Source: Candidatus Omnitrophota bacterium (lineage in GTDB: Bacteria > Omnitrophota > Omnitrophia > Omnitrophales > Aquincolibacteriaceae). From it: a stretch of 22,927 nt of DNA. Below, one piece after another: positions 18,801-22,927 of the stretch (its first letter is position 1; each line of letters opens with the position of its first letter). The stretch spans positions 1 to 22,927 of the forward strand of contig JAZDJU010000067.1 in NCBI GenBank assembly GCA_043803685.1, in the 5' to 3' direction. The notes under the pieces are model-generated. The model ran no database searches. It worked only from the letters and a program-made list of their open reading frames with translations, and was not told the DNA's origin. Made by a program: the position numbers and the translations under genes.

Positions 18801-20066
18801 GATTCTAGTTCCCGCCTGGCCATGAACGCTCCAATCAGTGGGTTTCAAGAGATCCGAAAAAAAACAGGAACTGGTTACTCTTTTGCAATGCTATTGAATG
18901 ATTTTCAGAAGAATTTAAGCGTGTTGGCGATGAATGGCCAAGGTCAGCCGAATGTCGAACGAGAACTTCGGGAGATCGAGGCTCGTGCGTTTCTACGGAT
19001 CAAACCTTTGATGCAGCTTTATCTGGATGAGGCGGACAAGGTGCTTGTTCGGATACAGTCGAATGAATCACTGAAAGCGGTACTGGGTAGTTACAGTGAA
19101 ACGATCCATGCGAAACTCCAAACGATTCGCGGTCGTTCCGAGACGCGTGTGGCGGGTAAGGAATTGGAATCGGCGGATGTGGTCATGAGCCATCAGAAGC
19201 TGGCGAAGGAGGTTTGGGGCTCATTGTCACTGATCGCGCAGGGGAAACTTCGTTCTATGGGATTTGAAATTGGTAATGGCTCGTTGGCTGACGTGCTAGG
19301 ACAGATCATTGTTCCGGCGGAAATGGGAAGTATCACGGCGGAGCAAGTAAAAGCGATGCTGATGTCGCTGATCGCGCTCAGGGCGGGACAACTGGATCAA
19401 GAAAAATTTTTAGGTCTAGCAAAAACGATCTTGAAAAATCCGATGATGTCCGTGTCCAACGAAGCAGGAGTGGCGATCATTATTACGCCAAGATTGACTG
19501 AGACGGCCAAAGAAGACATCCGGCAGCAGCTGATCATGAATACAGGCCAGGTTGTGCAGGTCGTGGTGACCGAAGCGATGGATAGTGAAACGGTCAGGGC
19601 GTGGAGGGACGAGATCGAGTGGGATTATGATATTAATGGTCAGTATATCTCTGGGCGGTTTTCGATCTGGAACGCTCCGAAGAACGTTTCTCGGGACGTA
19701 CAGATCGGCATTTCAAGTATTGTCCACAGTCGTAAGGAATTTTCGGGCGGGAAGCACCTATCGATCCTTATCGAGAATTTACCTGGATTTCAGCTGTCAA
19801 ATACCCTTGGAACTGTCCTTGAAAGTCCGAGCGCCAAAGCGGAGAATGCCGGTGTTCGCAGCTTGCTGGCGATGCGGGTTTCCCAGACGAGTGTTGATCA
19901 GACCAATCGGTTGCTTTCCGCGCAGGTAGGCGGGGTCGTGCTGAAGCAGGCACCCGGGGCGGGGCAGATGAACGCGCCTTATCAGATCGACGAAAATCTT
20001 TTGACGGGCCTGGCGAAGATTTGGGCCGAGCTCATGGGGATCCGAGCAACATCGATCGCGGCATAA
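3846..20066 (+). CDS. Giant secreted/membrane modular protein (about 5,406 aa) punctuated by 18 RSExR motifs
   Basis: Uninterrupted 16.2-kb ORF. GGAGG (3836-3840) lies 5 nt before ATG 3846, and there is a Sec-type signal peptide MKIGLKVVAAVTLLCFVTTQCISA. It has multiple hydrophobic helices and a terminator directly downstream. Confidence 0.93.
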   Translation: MKIGLKVVAAVTLLCFVTTQCISAAPGVGIEIANPREVPSYLSLDVPAELGTVDSLYEAPASANPQFVLHIQNAHANYEAQMKIKQLLAHMDKRYGFKTIFVEGASEKLDADYMRLFPDEARNLKLCDGLAKQGELTGAELYLIEQTGARGTGNGERKASNGDRSSLSEFRGEAVEAFGIEEAALYRSNYNALKKVFGAETDIDHFFKGFDGKIDHVSSKVFTPETRELIADWKRFEQGRRAFMPFVQALVQKSKKVLKVDLESLFAQAGWPQITRLLVIQRMEKDLDRTQALKEKTTLLEMLRQKGASKELVATLENFNEGNITVGKSTKEVLPRVVLERLASEMGPKGFKFSDYPSFSLFAGYVALKAELDPKVLFAEIESLFTQMLDALGKEPEQKSLLALYRDGELVRKLLHLELTRAEWRQVVADKDRLTIPSLVSRLKECVQVADDGGRKAEGVKNGSAPSSIQHPISKSPVSGLQSVTDVMPEKFAKTMEELFSTGLEFYDVARQREAVFYKEMQNAMKERKISKAILITGGFHTDGMSDLFRDHDMSYGIVTPRLSEKSDENLYRKIMLQKNTGTFEISYLESILRMEPLAAQLEQGGGDVTNIVQEFMAVANISDPDQAVAMLRATAEATGKTFLNGKDGKGFDIVKVGSGYRLVLREQNAAPVTTQIGSVKVETGSIESLMAPAIPADQPEVEVRSATRSELRLGFKSVLWTLTILTIGVSLVAFYLQSENQRLRVQLGVETQKLERNLDSHVGKLAQKHGLFDQHADFWVDDNGMPKYGIYFFPKGVVSDWQAEVKSGRTTVYQLTQRFNAYQVVRNLADELKCPVRTEAELQKFVEILLAKGEAGLKAAMKEEAKKWSDKILPVAGPFVKFRSEVRDRDIATIRSGRISWDLRGLSLSLVFWGGLALSLSFSAILMWAIWQGDAEIQPEPSATPPAITSSVRSEMRQDLIVPQTGTAVSPRVAAIDAKRARWRAERESQKLEILAEEAKSEFPLIIKWRMDGGNAALGEKPPRGVRTARTPPGQIDSIQDGRVFFSNGLSIPVASILDLRTADPVLNFSANVIVWGSAAFLGLIIVSLIFAVFNVTSYLQSQNRDIDARLGVQVASLEKNRQENVHLKILKLALGDDDGDSLFNKHADFWIDGDIPNYGIHFFTMRDISDWQKQVETGKITLDELKQRLEAYGVVRQLADELICPVPTLEKLDEFVGIYLSEGMDKLKAVMQEEAVQRSRDVLLTNSFLDSLTRSEVRSDTGKAAFTLRWLQVFLLGAFIFTLGAYFVELWLELRQAENVRKTVTSEHVTAATEFTQLFQDLSGLDSKNSESTQKAFEGLVKKYGLKDILVGTSSSSSLKLLRLIAGGYPKQDPGQPFTGMIFGSEGGKRLVLVGPAQAGKQAIIRYKPKWVGQSGNALWGGVDYEAEKWNLELSTGFSSNDCFLKFGSPEEVAGVLREAEATLPLSSVEYLMNAPLSAPAIQSSRSEVRVGEVVKEYVLLALSVVFFAGVGFLVLSNPLVVNFLYAALKLPISAPAFGIVMKVLGVLSGGALGRMVALRKMSQHVNGEALKAVRKVAGEYGLLSGMQFSESLGENDVQLFLVQGLSEQELRKKFEAIQTIRDLAEETQYPGIKANQKMMVEALRAWARKLLSEGEDKVPEVKERIRNYFTYLRGQQLLAAARVNGSAPAEEKSAPASDASEGKRSEMRDRGPANWFKGVSSKVLLVAMFVLFTFGQLFPPALVSPSFAEGLKETIEQRLADPDLAPGLRAFYEKQYVELETKKTLPETSDKGGAPSKSAGDNGPRAKDPKGVSFYRSQPAVVTTIVDAVSRIGGKYMRPGVGMHSPTYGPMDHVQVHPVTGKPVGNPANYGAPSKEGAFYPAMVHFMEGNPVLKGSGIEQVYSVKDLAAGLHVMQKFQMSGEGTQTYAGLFPWHSKNDNGELLIAEYGGRFMVPTLDNGQMAFGLAADVGATLKATAGTPEKDVHETALKILRGMNFGKYVLSDGSLAAEYNFGTRSLEGKSGHMMLWTEWAIPALWGYLTGQVPEKAWLSFPSPTFVWNSPAGPLDLPEGFIDSVHEWWILQYLHKTIMKSELAPLLRNFFYYHATHALKHDMPGFVATEYWQGGYTQGGIWSERPAGSPAASVGTNPKHEDMATPYATAFLALVAPEPGAAWLSYLFKQKDMVSEYGPQTAFRRAGGPSWMMSADNTFGTLNAAGELYLLLNKQPGGVNDAILKTLEKYYGVSEAQVIEAFNQHAREIKKRLGRDFKAIEAARLPGPPTPGNFSYTPTEKKIFKVQDLSLADQLIDVWHTKNNKTDWDAHTQTLTVRFDFSKSLDRYMYTGRMIKAVPIDGLNYVSLWIPADYKGGTWQIELKDAGVELAPRLNVSSVREGRLSPDKKWREVVFKTDWKASYRGIGAELNYIAFSANDTSWHGTQGEIVFKGMQFHKKDPGTGESISAPATTGARLGTAPEVTGKTSVKQSVPLAEISLNVQTFQKAQKAGINDVAKFLRAYFLQKYKYELSDTGNVNGWVMGIAGWYTNSADHGGDLSNRSFSEFEGEMARKIEEARAKNYGQARSEVRSASFYAGVIGLVMMITTTVAQGADSRQFLEERLKDPTLPAATRQVLEQEYTRLLEQAPAKSNAPATEISINAQTFQKAQKAGINDVAIFLRAYFLQKYKYELSDTGNVNGWVMGIAGWYTNSADHGGDLSNRSFSEFEGEMARKIEETRSKNYGQSKSGSAPAASIAPKPSATPSQARDLNGAKAAITTDLQSKGFAIQDQSWLSGIAPFYTGNRPLEDLQGELTPQKLDRLVRDGMIRPLSSQTPSAVQQPAAVAPTSFFSASLASRNIIASKLFGLHPESQGDRGTVEVTSEGIAATLSYGGWAGLRFPLQRIGDLIPAGTQYLMVEMHTAPHGFFSHGKYGYPEGAYFEFKRDSAYVVGGGKLETAAGYHAEYADGARVTRYFIPVKTFDPQSSMNFFGISTHGFHGNTGMRVEVPAIVPLTGDEYKKIMAEEIETSFIGSGTSKVTIAKGSTGRSEVRAGSLRWPVDGDQNSAWAHLSEEEYLSWGSKLFSGLRRLQLNPLEIGWLKTTGFPSAVKRIAIGQLHSYSVPYGMKLSVDYRNAATGAWGTFVFEQPGEDQWVALPTKAETVVQVPDKKSIPALVRQVLLWRKTMIEQFAAARGDAAQGIVYSDGRRFAQIRDLSLAQELLAQGILAFYDNRLVLVGVTPDDFADRGGVQVIRSEMRKPLKQARLGLWQKVPRTRNGKVVQEFWWLDAARKWLPLTLGVLAFVSVGFVTLKYYVDVQEQQHYAVTVPVNQQIAEALEIPYADSPLFDKLHSLFPEALPELKAKGVISKDEEESYNVVEFAKYVKDFSEENPDKLSDSLALKILDLSAWIAQLPRSEIRSTNRSEMRGQGGLERLRSIQRSVANWYKRWTKSVVSLDRTWRNPEVVSYEPAWYAPAREFGKSMRRLALGVALIGPLAFFVMFPAVQYGLDAVGTYIANVEEELRQAEEINQMLEKELNIPPSNPELSSSFLSLYMQWLVEVEENYNFHENETLYGFLVFLSGLGNEKIFKQTKDAGYSDGFLGRARLLWLQLADSKGKAILEGLARKAELESYVGQKVNVWYLSDGREATWRLGTRPADADLVVGTLIQISTNEIVVLKADETLQVIPNRSLFDVKPVSPDGLLKMVASRSEMRLTSGAISRMQERVEKGLDRWLQAQSHLENPAPEVRRQLQQQAFAHFGFSWQGILNRGLNDPESQELKPEMLRSGDVLFARSRESKQNAVLVVQNIENDGKGQFVKWTLGGKKDGAYLHDQEFFEGALSDFLVKDVYRLNRVVRDIISGIVGPGSPHILLQNVLVETILGTGNLEAMISLVEKRGGQERVTELAKLSASAEKTNEGGEVLTLDSLSKSLDKQVEELFGLQAIKQRNSLIERQDKDREYKDKVLRSEGAERDRSYDVLQNTSDDIGASLVKLQEFIGNLSAENLRVEFEVLKGDRSVEIVRDLQEIFSILSTMRGIVAGVPKEIKKMDQLNQKRGTSALKPVVSNLEGLQAELSAFGKVLSRALAGLQAFDPDVEQLTPTTLEQIEAALKAVGEIDAVLKALGPNLLEWRVKGVAFNGTMSVLEYELRKVLLASSRSEMRAEVVEGQDVKATIERRIQNASQNLLFGDLIPANAPLISALKVAKFNDWNSVSTHVNNAIVKLEPFRNSTNMTIRNSARAASRDLQEALPLIDQMRSEARGNAVMTDDEVMNALQGLTDRVAALTTPEFTAKYFNDPKGDANVNRFTQNLKAAELSLRFALLRLDKGELVDEVVRAHGPETPLYLAMKNLTAASVGVSRSFGRVAYRFSEARKNGRVVGSLGYTGSLVEGLTRKTGLRPDAQLMEEYFVTTEGLKDEILAVKNSVRSEVRANLVGDPMHIASFYYAIDPAKDLAEQKSETEAFRQALLQGLEATQNDARQSGRSADSFEVELFTSVITENVPQTDEQFLSYLRSALDFIYQYNGTYELILLNKSLRDIFESATEYEDAALANEHLTNIENIWALQHSVYVASAVRFVADYERKRGSTSRSEVRTPEDDIRGYIASALEDLETVVYLKYQQKVSELKWGPLASAQKAAKAGDWNSVTKYAKEASDILLGVANDMSANVNARGAAVLVRRDLVQAQRVIARMSHPAEGRAGGAERATLLDDSVASEILMRINNAALNLKDASLEPYKQVQLDPAVRAAKEKKWGRLVVFAEWATGQLQSLAPGNEQVKFAQEDLQDVISLIDPDRSGSSQQLSVKSAIAAVEAVQRSLPSKLEPLAGVGEDAGAKNGDVSLKALDLTEIKGAAVGGIGTDIDDVEASIRFLAEKLDRLREVKGYRPSNVESAVKALRAIANDLRATPRSEVRGGLANDIHELMNIWNDFGGYDFFPAGLPLPEDFLKAYRNVLGQLRSLDGVLRDEAEHAGFLNLLDETIESLQMQTKGVRDSSSRLAMNAPISGFQEIRKKTGTGYSFAMLLNDFQKNLSVLAMNGQGQPNVERELREIEARAFLRIKPLMQLYLDEADKVLVRIQSNESLKAVLGSYSETIHAKLQTIRGRSETRVAGKELESADVVMSHQKLAKEVWGSLSLIAQGKLRSMGFEIGNGSLADVLGQIIVPAEMGSITAEQVKAMLMSLIALRAGQLDQEKFLGLAKTILKNPMMSVSNEAGVAIIITPRLTETAKEDIRQQLIMNTGQVVQVVVTEAMDSETVRAWRDEIEWDYDINGQYISGRFSIWNAPKNVSRDVQIGISSIVHSRKEFSGGKHLSILIENLPGFQLSNTLGTVLESPSAKAENAGVRSLLAMRVSQTSVDQTNRLLSAQVGGVVLKQAPGAGQMNAPYQIDENLLTGLAKIWAELMGIRATSIAA
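4288..4357. repeat. In-frame heptamer-repeat palindromic insertion in the giant gene
   Basis: GGAACG GGAAACG GGGAACG ... CGTTCAT CGTTATC CGAGTTT. It encodes the low-complexity loop GARGTGNGERKASNGDRSS. Confidence 0.6.
5193..5294. repeat. In-frame heptamer-repeat insertion in the giant gene
   Basis: GCGGATG ACGGAGG GCGGAAG GCGGAAG ... TCCATCC TCCATCC AACATCC GATATCC AAGTCTC CAGTCTC CGGTCTC. A purine-rich arm is followed by a pyrimidine-rich arm. Confidence 0.7.
9300..10560 (+). other. Glucoamylase-like (alpha/alpha)6 glycoside hydrolase domain, GH144/GH189-like (boundaries approximate)
   Basis: Ordered motifs GLFPWH (9639), VPTLDNGQM (9711), LWTEW (W at 9936), DSVHEW (10074), TPYATAFLAL (10320), YGPQTAF (10416), MSADN (10464). 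They parallel the GHFYNWY / VSxVDSGNL / LASE / GSMFE / APYAxxLAL / YGFYEA order recalled for the Cgs/NdvB glycoamylase domain. Confidence 0.6.
10740..11200 (+). other. CBM11/CIA30-like beta-sandwich, putative carbohydrate-binding domain (boundaries approximate)
   Basis: Pattern IDGLNYVSLWI...WQIELKD...KWREVVF...LNYIAFS...GEIVFKGMQF immediately follows the GH-like domain. Confidence 0.5.
11316..12065 (+). repeat. Near-identical 267-bp direct repeat (11316-11582 and 11799-12065; 89 aa)
   Basis: Offset 483 bp. In manual alignment the 209-bp core (11334-11542 vs 11817-12025) differs at only 2 positions (AAA>ATA, TTC>TTT). Confidence 0.95.
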
Positions 20067-20087
20067 CACGTATATTGATGGGTTTAT

Positions 20088-20120
20088 GAGGGCGGGATCA
20101 TTCCCGCCCTCTTTTTTTTT
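20088..20120 (+). terminator. Rho-independent terminator of the giant gene
   Basis: Perfect 10-bp stem GAGGGCGGGA-TCAT-TCCCGCCCTC followed by T9. Confidence 0.92.
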
Positions 20121-20217
20121 GTGCGCCCGGTAGGGCGCAGCTTGTCGCTGATCGGGACCTCGCCTTTTGTTCGTTTCTACCCCAACCACCTGCGAGGTGT
20201 ACAGGGTATTCGTCAGT

Positions 20218-20246
20218 TTGACATTATAACGTCATAATGTTATAGT
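20218..20246 (+). promoter_or_regulatory. Sigma70 promoter with palindromic operator for the TA operon
   Basis: TTGACA, 17-nt spacer, TATAGT. The inverted repeat ACATTAT-N6-ATAATGT (20221-20240) spans the spacer. SD GGAGGTG at 20253-20259. Confidence 0.8.
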
Positions 20247-20264
20247 GCCATTGGAGGTGACGAT

Positions 20265-20492
20265 ATGACTCTGACTCGAACGACCGTTTATTTAGACCCT
20301 AAGATCCACAGAGCGATCAAAATGAGAGCGGCTCAGATGTCGATGAGCGTTTCCGAAGTGATCAGTGAAGCTCTGCGATTGTCGCTCAAAGAAGATGCCG
20401 TTGACCTGGGGGCGATCCAGAGCCGCGTTTCTGAGCCGTCCCGTTCGTATGAGGCGGTACTCAAGGATCTGAAAAAAGATGGCCTCCTTTAA
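20265..20492 (+). CDS. CopG/ribbon-helix-helix antitoxin
   Basis: RTTVYLDPKIHRAIKMRAA...SVSEVISEALR fits the RHH pattern. 75 aa; overlaps the downstream toxin gene. Confidence 0.85.
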   Translation: MTLTRTTVYLDPKIHRAIKMRAAQMSMSVSEVISEALRLSLKEDAVDLGAIQSRVSEPSRSYEAVLKDLKKDGLL

Positions 20493-20742
20493 GATCTTTT
20501 TCAAGGCAAGCGCTGAAAAAGAACTGCGTCAGATCCCGAAGCCTTTCCTCTCAAAAATCCTCTCAAAGATAGCGGCTTTGGCTGAAACTCCTCGTCCTTG
20601 GGGTGTTAAATTGATGCGGGGTGAAGAGCGTTTTTACAGGCTAAGACAGGGGGACTACCGGATCGTCTATGAGATCGATGATCAGACTCGTACAGTGACT
20701 GTGATCAAAATTGGCCATCGAAGGGAAGTCTACGATAGCTGA
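20479..20742 (+). CDS. relE: RelE/ParE-family type II toxin
   Basis: AEKELRQI...PRPWGVKLM...YRLRQGDYRIVYEIDD...VIKIGHRREVY; 87 aa. Confidence 0.9.
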   Translation: MASFKIFFKASAEKELRQIPKPFLSKILSKIAALAETPRPWGVKLMRGEERFYRLRQGDYRIVYEIDDQTRTVTVIKIGHRREVYDS

Positions 20743-20773
20743 AGCGGCAGGGGGGCGAATTTTTTTCGAAAGA

Positions 20774-20801
20774 TTGACAGGAAAACGCTCGGGAGTATAA
20801 T
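20774..20801 (+). promoter_or_regulatory. Consensus sigma70 promoter
   Basis: TTGACA (20774-20779), 16-nt spacer, TATAAT (20796-20801). Confidence 0.75.
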
Positions 20802-20807
20802 ACGCGC

Positions 20808-20888
20808 ATGCGAGACTTACGGGTCTCGACTCACCTGCAGAGGTTCGTGGCCACCAGATCCCCACTCGGTCACGAACCTCTTTTTTTT
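20808..20888 (+). ncRNA. Candidate ~80-nt small RNA or attenuating leader
   Basis: Directly after a consensus promoter: hairpin CGAGACT-TACG-GGTCTCG (UNCG-type loop), then stem GAGGTTCGTGGCC/GGTCACGAACCTC followed by T8. No family recognised. Confidence 0.45.
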
Positions 20889-20956
20889 GTAGGGACATTC
20901 GTTGAAACGGGTAGTTTTCAGGATCAATGCAACTTACATCATTGGCGGGGGTGCTT

Positions 20957-21322
20957 ATGGAACCGGAAAAAGACATACGTTTTACCGAGAAAAAGGTAGA
21001 TGAGAGCTGGAAGGAACAGGCGGAGAACATTAAGGCTAAGGCCGCCGCCGCTCAACCCGCTCCAAAAGCCAAGCCCGCAGAGACATCCAAGCCTTTTCTG
21101 AGCCTTGTTCAGTCTCTTGGCTATCAAGCGCTTATGAATCTCGGAGAGATCCCTAATCCGATGACCCAGCAGACGGAGCTCAATCCCGAAGGCGCGAAGG
21201 AGGCGATCGATCTTTTGATCGCGATCCGTGACAAGACCCTGGGGAATTTGAGCGATGACGAAAAGAAAATGCTCGATACCCTTCTTACCCAACTTCAGAT
21301 CAAGTTCTCCCAGACCGTATGA
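20957..21322 (+). CDS. DUF1844 domain-containing protein
   Basis: FLSLVQSL..QALMNLGEIPNP...AKEAIDLL..IRDKTLGNLSDDE..ML matches the DUF1844 pattern. ATG 20957 follows a G-rich SD-like tract. Confidence 0.8.
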   Translation: MEPEKDIRFTEKKVDESWKEQAENIKAKAAAAQPAPKAKPAETSKPFLSLVQSLGYQALMNLGEIPNPMTQQTELNPEGAKEAIDLLIAIRDKTLGNLSDDEKKMLDTLLTQLQIKFSQTV

Positions 21323-22299
21323 AAGGCAAGATCATTCGTTTTGCCATCAGCTTCGTTGCGATCGGGCTGATCCTTTTTTTTATGCGCGGCAAATTACACG
21401 AAGCGGTGGCGATCCTTAAGAATGAGGTCGTCTGGGGATGGTTTGCCACTGCGATCGCCGGTTATTTTTTCGGCCTTGCCATTCTTGCTATTCGCCTCCA
21501 TTGGGTTTTTAAGGTCCAGAACATTCACATGAGCTTCCGGGAGTGTTATCACCTTGGTTTCGTGGGACTCTTCTACAACCTCATGTTGCCTTCCGCCGTC
21601 GGCGGGGACATGGTCAAAGCTTTTTATGCTTATAAGCATTCGGGAAAAAAGATCGAGTCGGCGACTTCAATCCTGCTGGACCGTTTGCTCGGATTTGTCG
21701 CGATCATTGCCATGGCGGGGATCGGACTCATGTGTTTTAGTAAAGAGGCCTCGAATGACTATATCAATTATGCGGTCTATGGGGCTTGCGGGGTGCTTGT
21801 TTTCGTGATTGCTTTTTTTGCGAGCAAGCGTTTTGCCCGGCTTTTTAAAGGTCTTGCGCGTTTTATCCCGAAAGAGAAGTGGAAGAAGCAACTTGCTGAA
21901 GTTTATCACGCGATCTATGGTTACCGGCATCATCAAGGCCCCGTTCTGATGGCGGTTCTGCTTTCTTTTGCGGGACAGGCGATTTTTATCTCAATGAATT
22001 ATCTGCTTTCGCGTGCCGTTGGCGCCGAGATCGACTATTGGAAGTTTTTTATCTTGATACCTGTTATTAACATCGTTAGTATGGCGCCTTCGATTGGCGG
22101 TTTGGGTGTGAGGGAAGCCGGCGTATTGTATCTTTTTGGCCGTTATCTTCCTTCGGAACGGGCCCTCGCGCTGATGCTTTTGATGGACGTGGTGATCTAT
22201 TCGTTCAGTATCGGCTCCGGGATCTGGTATGCCTTTCGCGGCGGTTTGGCTCCCAAATCTATGGAGGAAGTGGCCCAAATGCAATCTTCTGGTAAATAG
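21319..22299 (+). CDS. Lysylphosphatidylglycerol synthase TM domain / UPF0104 flippase-like membrane protein
   Basis: About 8 hydrophobic helices, with motifs FYNLMLPSAVGGD, SILLDRLLG and PSIGGLGVRE. ATGA overlap with the upstream gene. Confidence 0.85.
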   Translation: MKGKIIRFAISFVAIGLILFFMRGKLHEAVAILKNEVVWGWFATAIAGYFFGLAILAIRLHWVFKVQNIHMSFRECYHLGFVGLFYNLMLPSAVGGDMVKAFYAYKHSGKKIESATSILLDRLLGFVAIIAMAGIGLMCFSKEASNDYINYAVYGACGVLVFVIAFFASKRFARLFKGLARFIPKEKWKKQLAEVYHAIYGYRHHQGPVLMAVLLSFAGQAIFISMNYLLSRAVGAEIDYWKFFILIPVINIVSMAPSIGGLGVREAGVLYLFGRYLPSERALALMLLMDVVIYSFSIGSGIWYAFRGGLAPKSMEEVAQMQSSGK

Positions 22300-22327
22300 T
22301 TTAGACTGGCGCCGTTAGGCAGACATA

Positions 22328-22828
22328 ATGATGAAAATCCTCGTTATTCACGGTCCGAATTTGCAGCTTCTTGGTGAGCGGGAAGTTTCCGTTTACGGCA
22401 AGGTCACGCTCAAGCAGATCAATGAAGCTCTTGAGCGCGAGGCTGCGGAGCTTGGTGTAAAGCTGGATATCCTCCAGAGCAACCACGAAGGCGCGATCGT
22501 CGACCGCGTTGGCGGTGCTCGACGTCAGTTTTCAGGGGTTTTGATCAATCCCGCGGCTTATACGCATACGAGTGTCGCGATCCGTGACGCATTGGCCGCT
22601 TGCGGCCTGCCGGCGGTGGAAGTCCATTTGAGCCATATCTACAAGCGCGAAGATTTTCGCCAGCATTCCATGACCGCTCCCGCGTGCGTTGCCCAGGTGA
22701 CGGGGTTCGGTAAAGACAGTTATCTTCTGGGCCTGCGGGGTCTTGTGGCCTGCGCTTTCAAAGTGAATTCTGTTCATTCTTCCCAAAAAACCGTGAAAAA
22801 AGCACTTATTGCGAGGAAAAGAAAATGA
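22328..22828 (+). CDS. aroQ: Type II 3-dehydroquinate dehydratase
   Basis: [55 protein letters not shown]. Confidence 0.96.
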   Translation: MMKILVIHGPNLQLLGEREVSVYGKVTLKQINEALEREAAELGVKLDILQSNHEGAIVDRVGGARRQFSGVLINPAAYTHTSVAIRDALAACGLPAVEVHLSHIYKREDFRQHSMTAPACVAQVTGFGKDSYLLGLRGLVACAFKVNSVHSSQKTVKKALIARKRK

Positions 22829-22927
22829 ATATTAAGGAAATCAAAGAACTTTTAGAGCTGATGGCCGAGCATAATCTCGGCGAGATTGAGATTGAAAAGG
22901 ACAACGCGAAGATCAAACTTCGGAAGC
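22825..22927 (+). CDS. accB: Acetyl-CoA carboxylase biotin carboxyl carrier protein, N-terminus only (runs off the window)
   Basis: [34 protein letters not shown] is a typical AccB N-terminus. ATGA overlap with aroQ, and aroQ-accB adjacency is common. Confidence 0.75.
   Translation, partial: MNIKEIKELLELMAEHNLGEIEIEKDNAKIKLRK

Larger units (their letters stand above)
5970..19148 (+). repeat. Dispersed in-frame 15-bp/5-aa motif R-S-E-[VMLIAT]-R, 18 copies
   Basis: Copies start at 5970(L), 6495(V), 6705(M), 7611(V), 8307(V), 8964(M), 11586(V), 12972(V), 13590(M), 14073(I), 14097(M), 14958(M), 16302(M), 16599(A), 17109(V), 17598(V), 18549(V) and 19134(T). All are in the reading frame of the giant ORF. 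Confidence 0.95.

Noticed and set aside
5970..19148. RSExR DNA repeats as a CRISPR array or integron attC sites
   Set aside because: The repeats are only 9-15 bp, not palindromic, spaced 24-2,622 bp apart and always in frame. No cas or integrase gene is present.
2482..20760. Accessory block as a prophage, ICE or transposon
   Set aside because: No integrase, transposase, phage gene, tRNA target or flanking direct repeat was found.
20808..20999. 63-aa ORF starting at the predicted transcription start
   Set aside because: It has no SD, runs through a terminator-like hairpin and T8, and overlaps DUF1844 out of frame. A structured RNA explains the region better, though leaderless translation is not excluded.

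Overview
Bacterial window with all credible genes on the + strand. Housekeeping genes flank both ends: the 3' part of pheT and rarA/mgsA on the left, and DUF1844, an LPG-synthase/flippase-like membrane protein, aroQ and the start of accB on the right. Between them is an accessory block: an AT-rich promoter region, an unannotated 55-aa ORF coupled to a STAS-PilZ gene, a 16.2-kb gene (about 5,406 aa) with its own terminator, and an RHH/RelE toxin-antitoxin pair. The giant protein is built like a polyprotein. An N-terminal signal peptide and a ~700-aa domain with ChaN/TraB-TIKI-like H/E/R/GxxH motifs are followed by 18 copies of the pentapeptide R-S-E-[VMLIAT]-R. These delimit cargo modules, many of which start with their own transmembrane helix or signal peptide. 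The cargo includes a GH144/GH189-like glucanase with a CBM-like domain and several duplicated, shuffled domains. The architecture recalls the giant genes reported from Omnitrophota; that taxonomy is inference only. Working hypothesis, untested: a secreted, possibly self-processing effector polyprotein with exchangeable cassettes, under c-di-GMP-linked control. All family calls are from motif recognition by eye, with no database searches.
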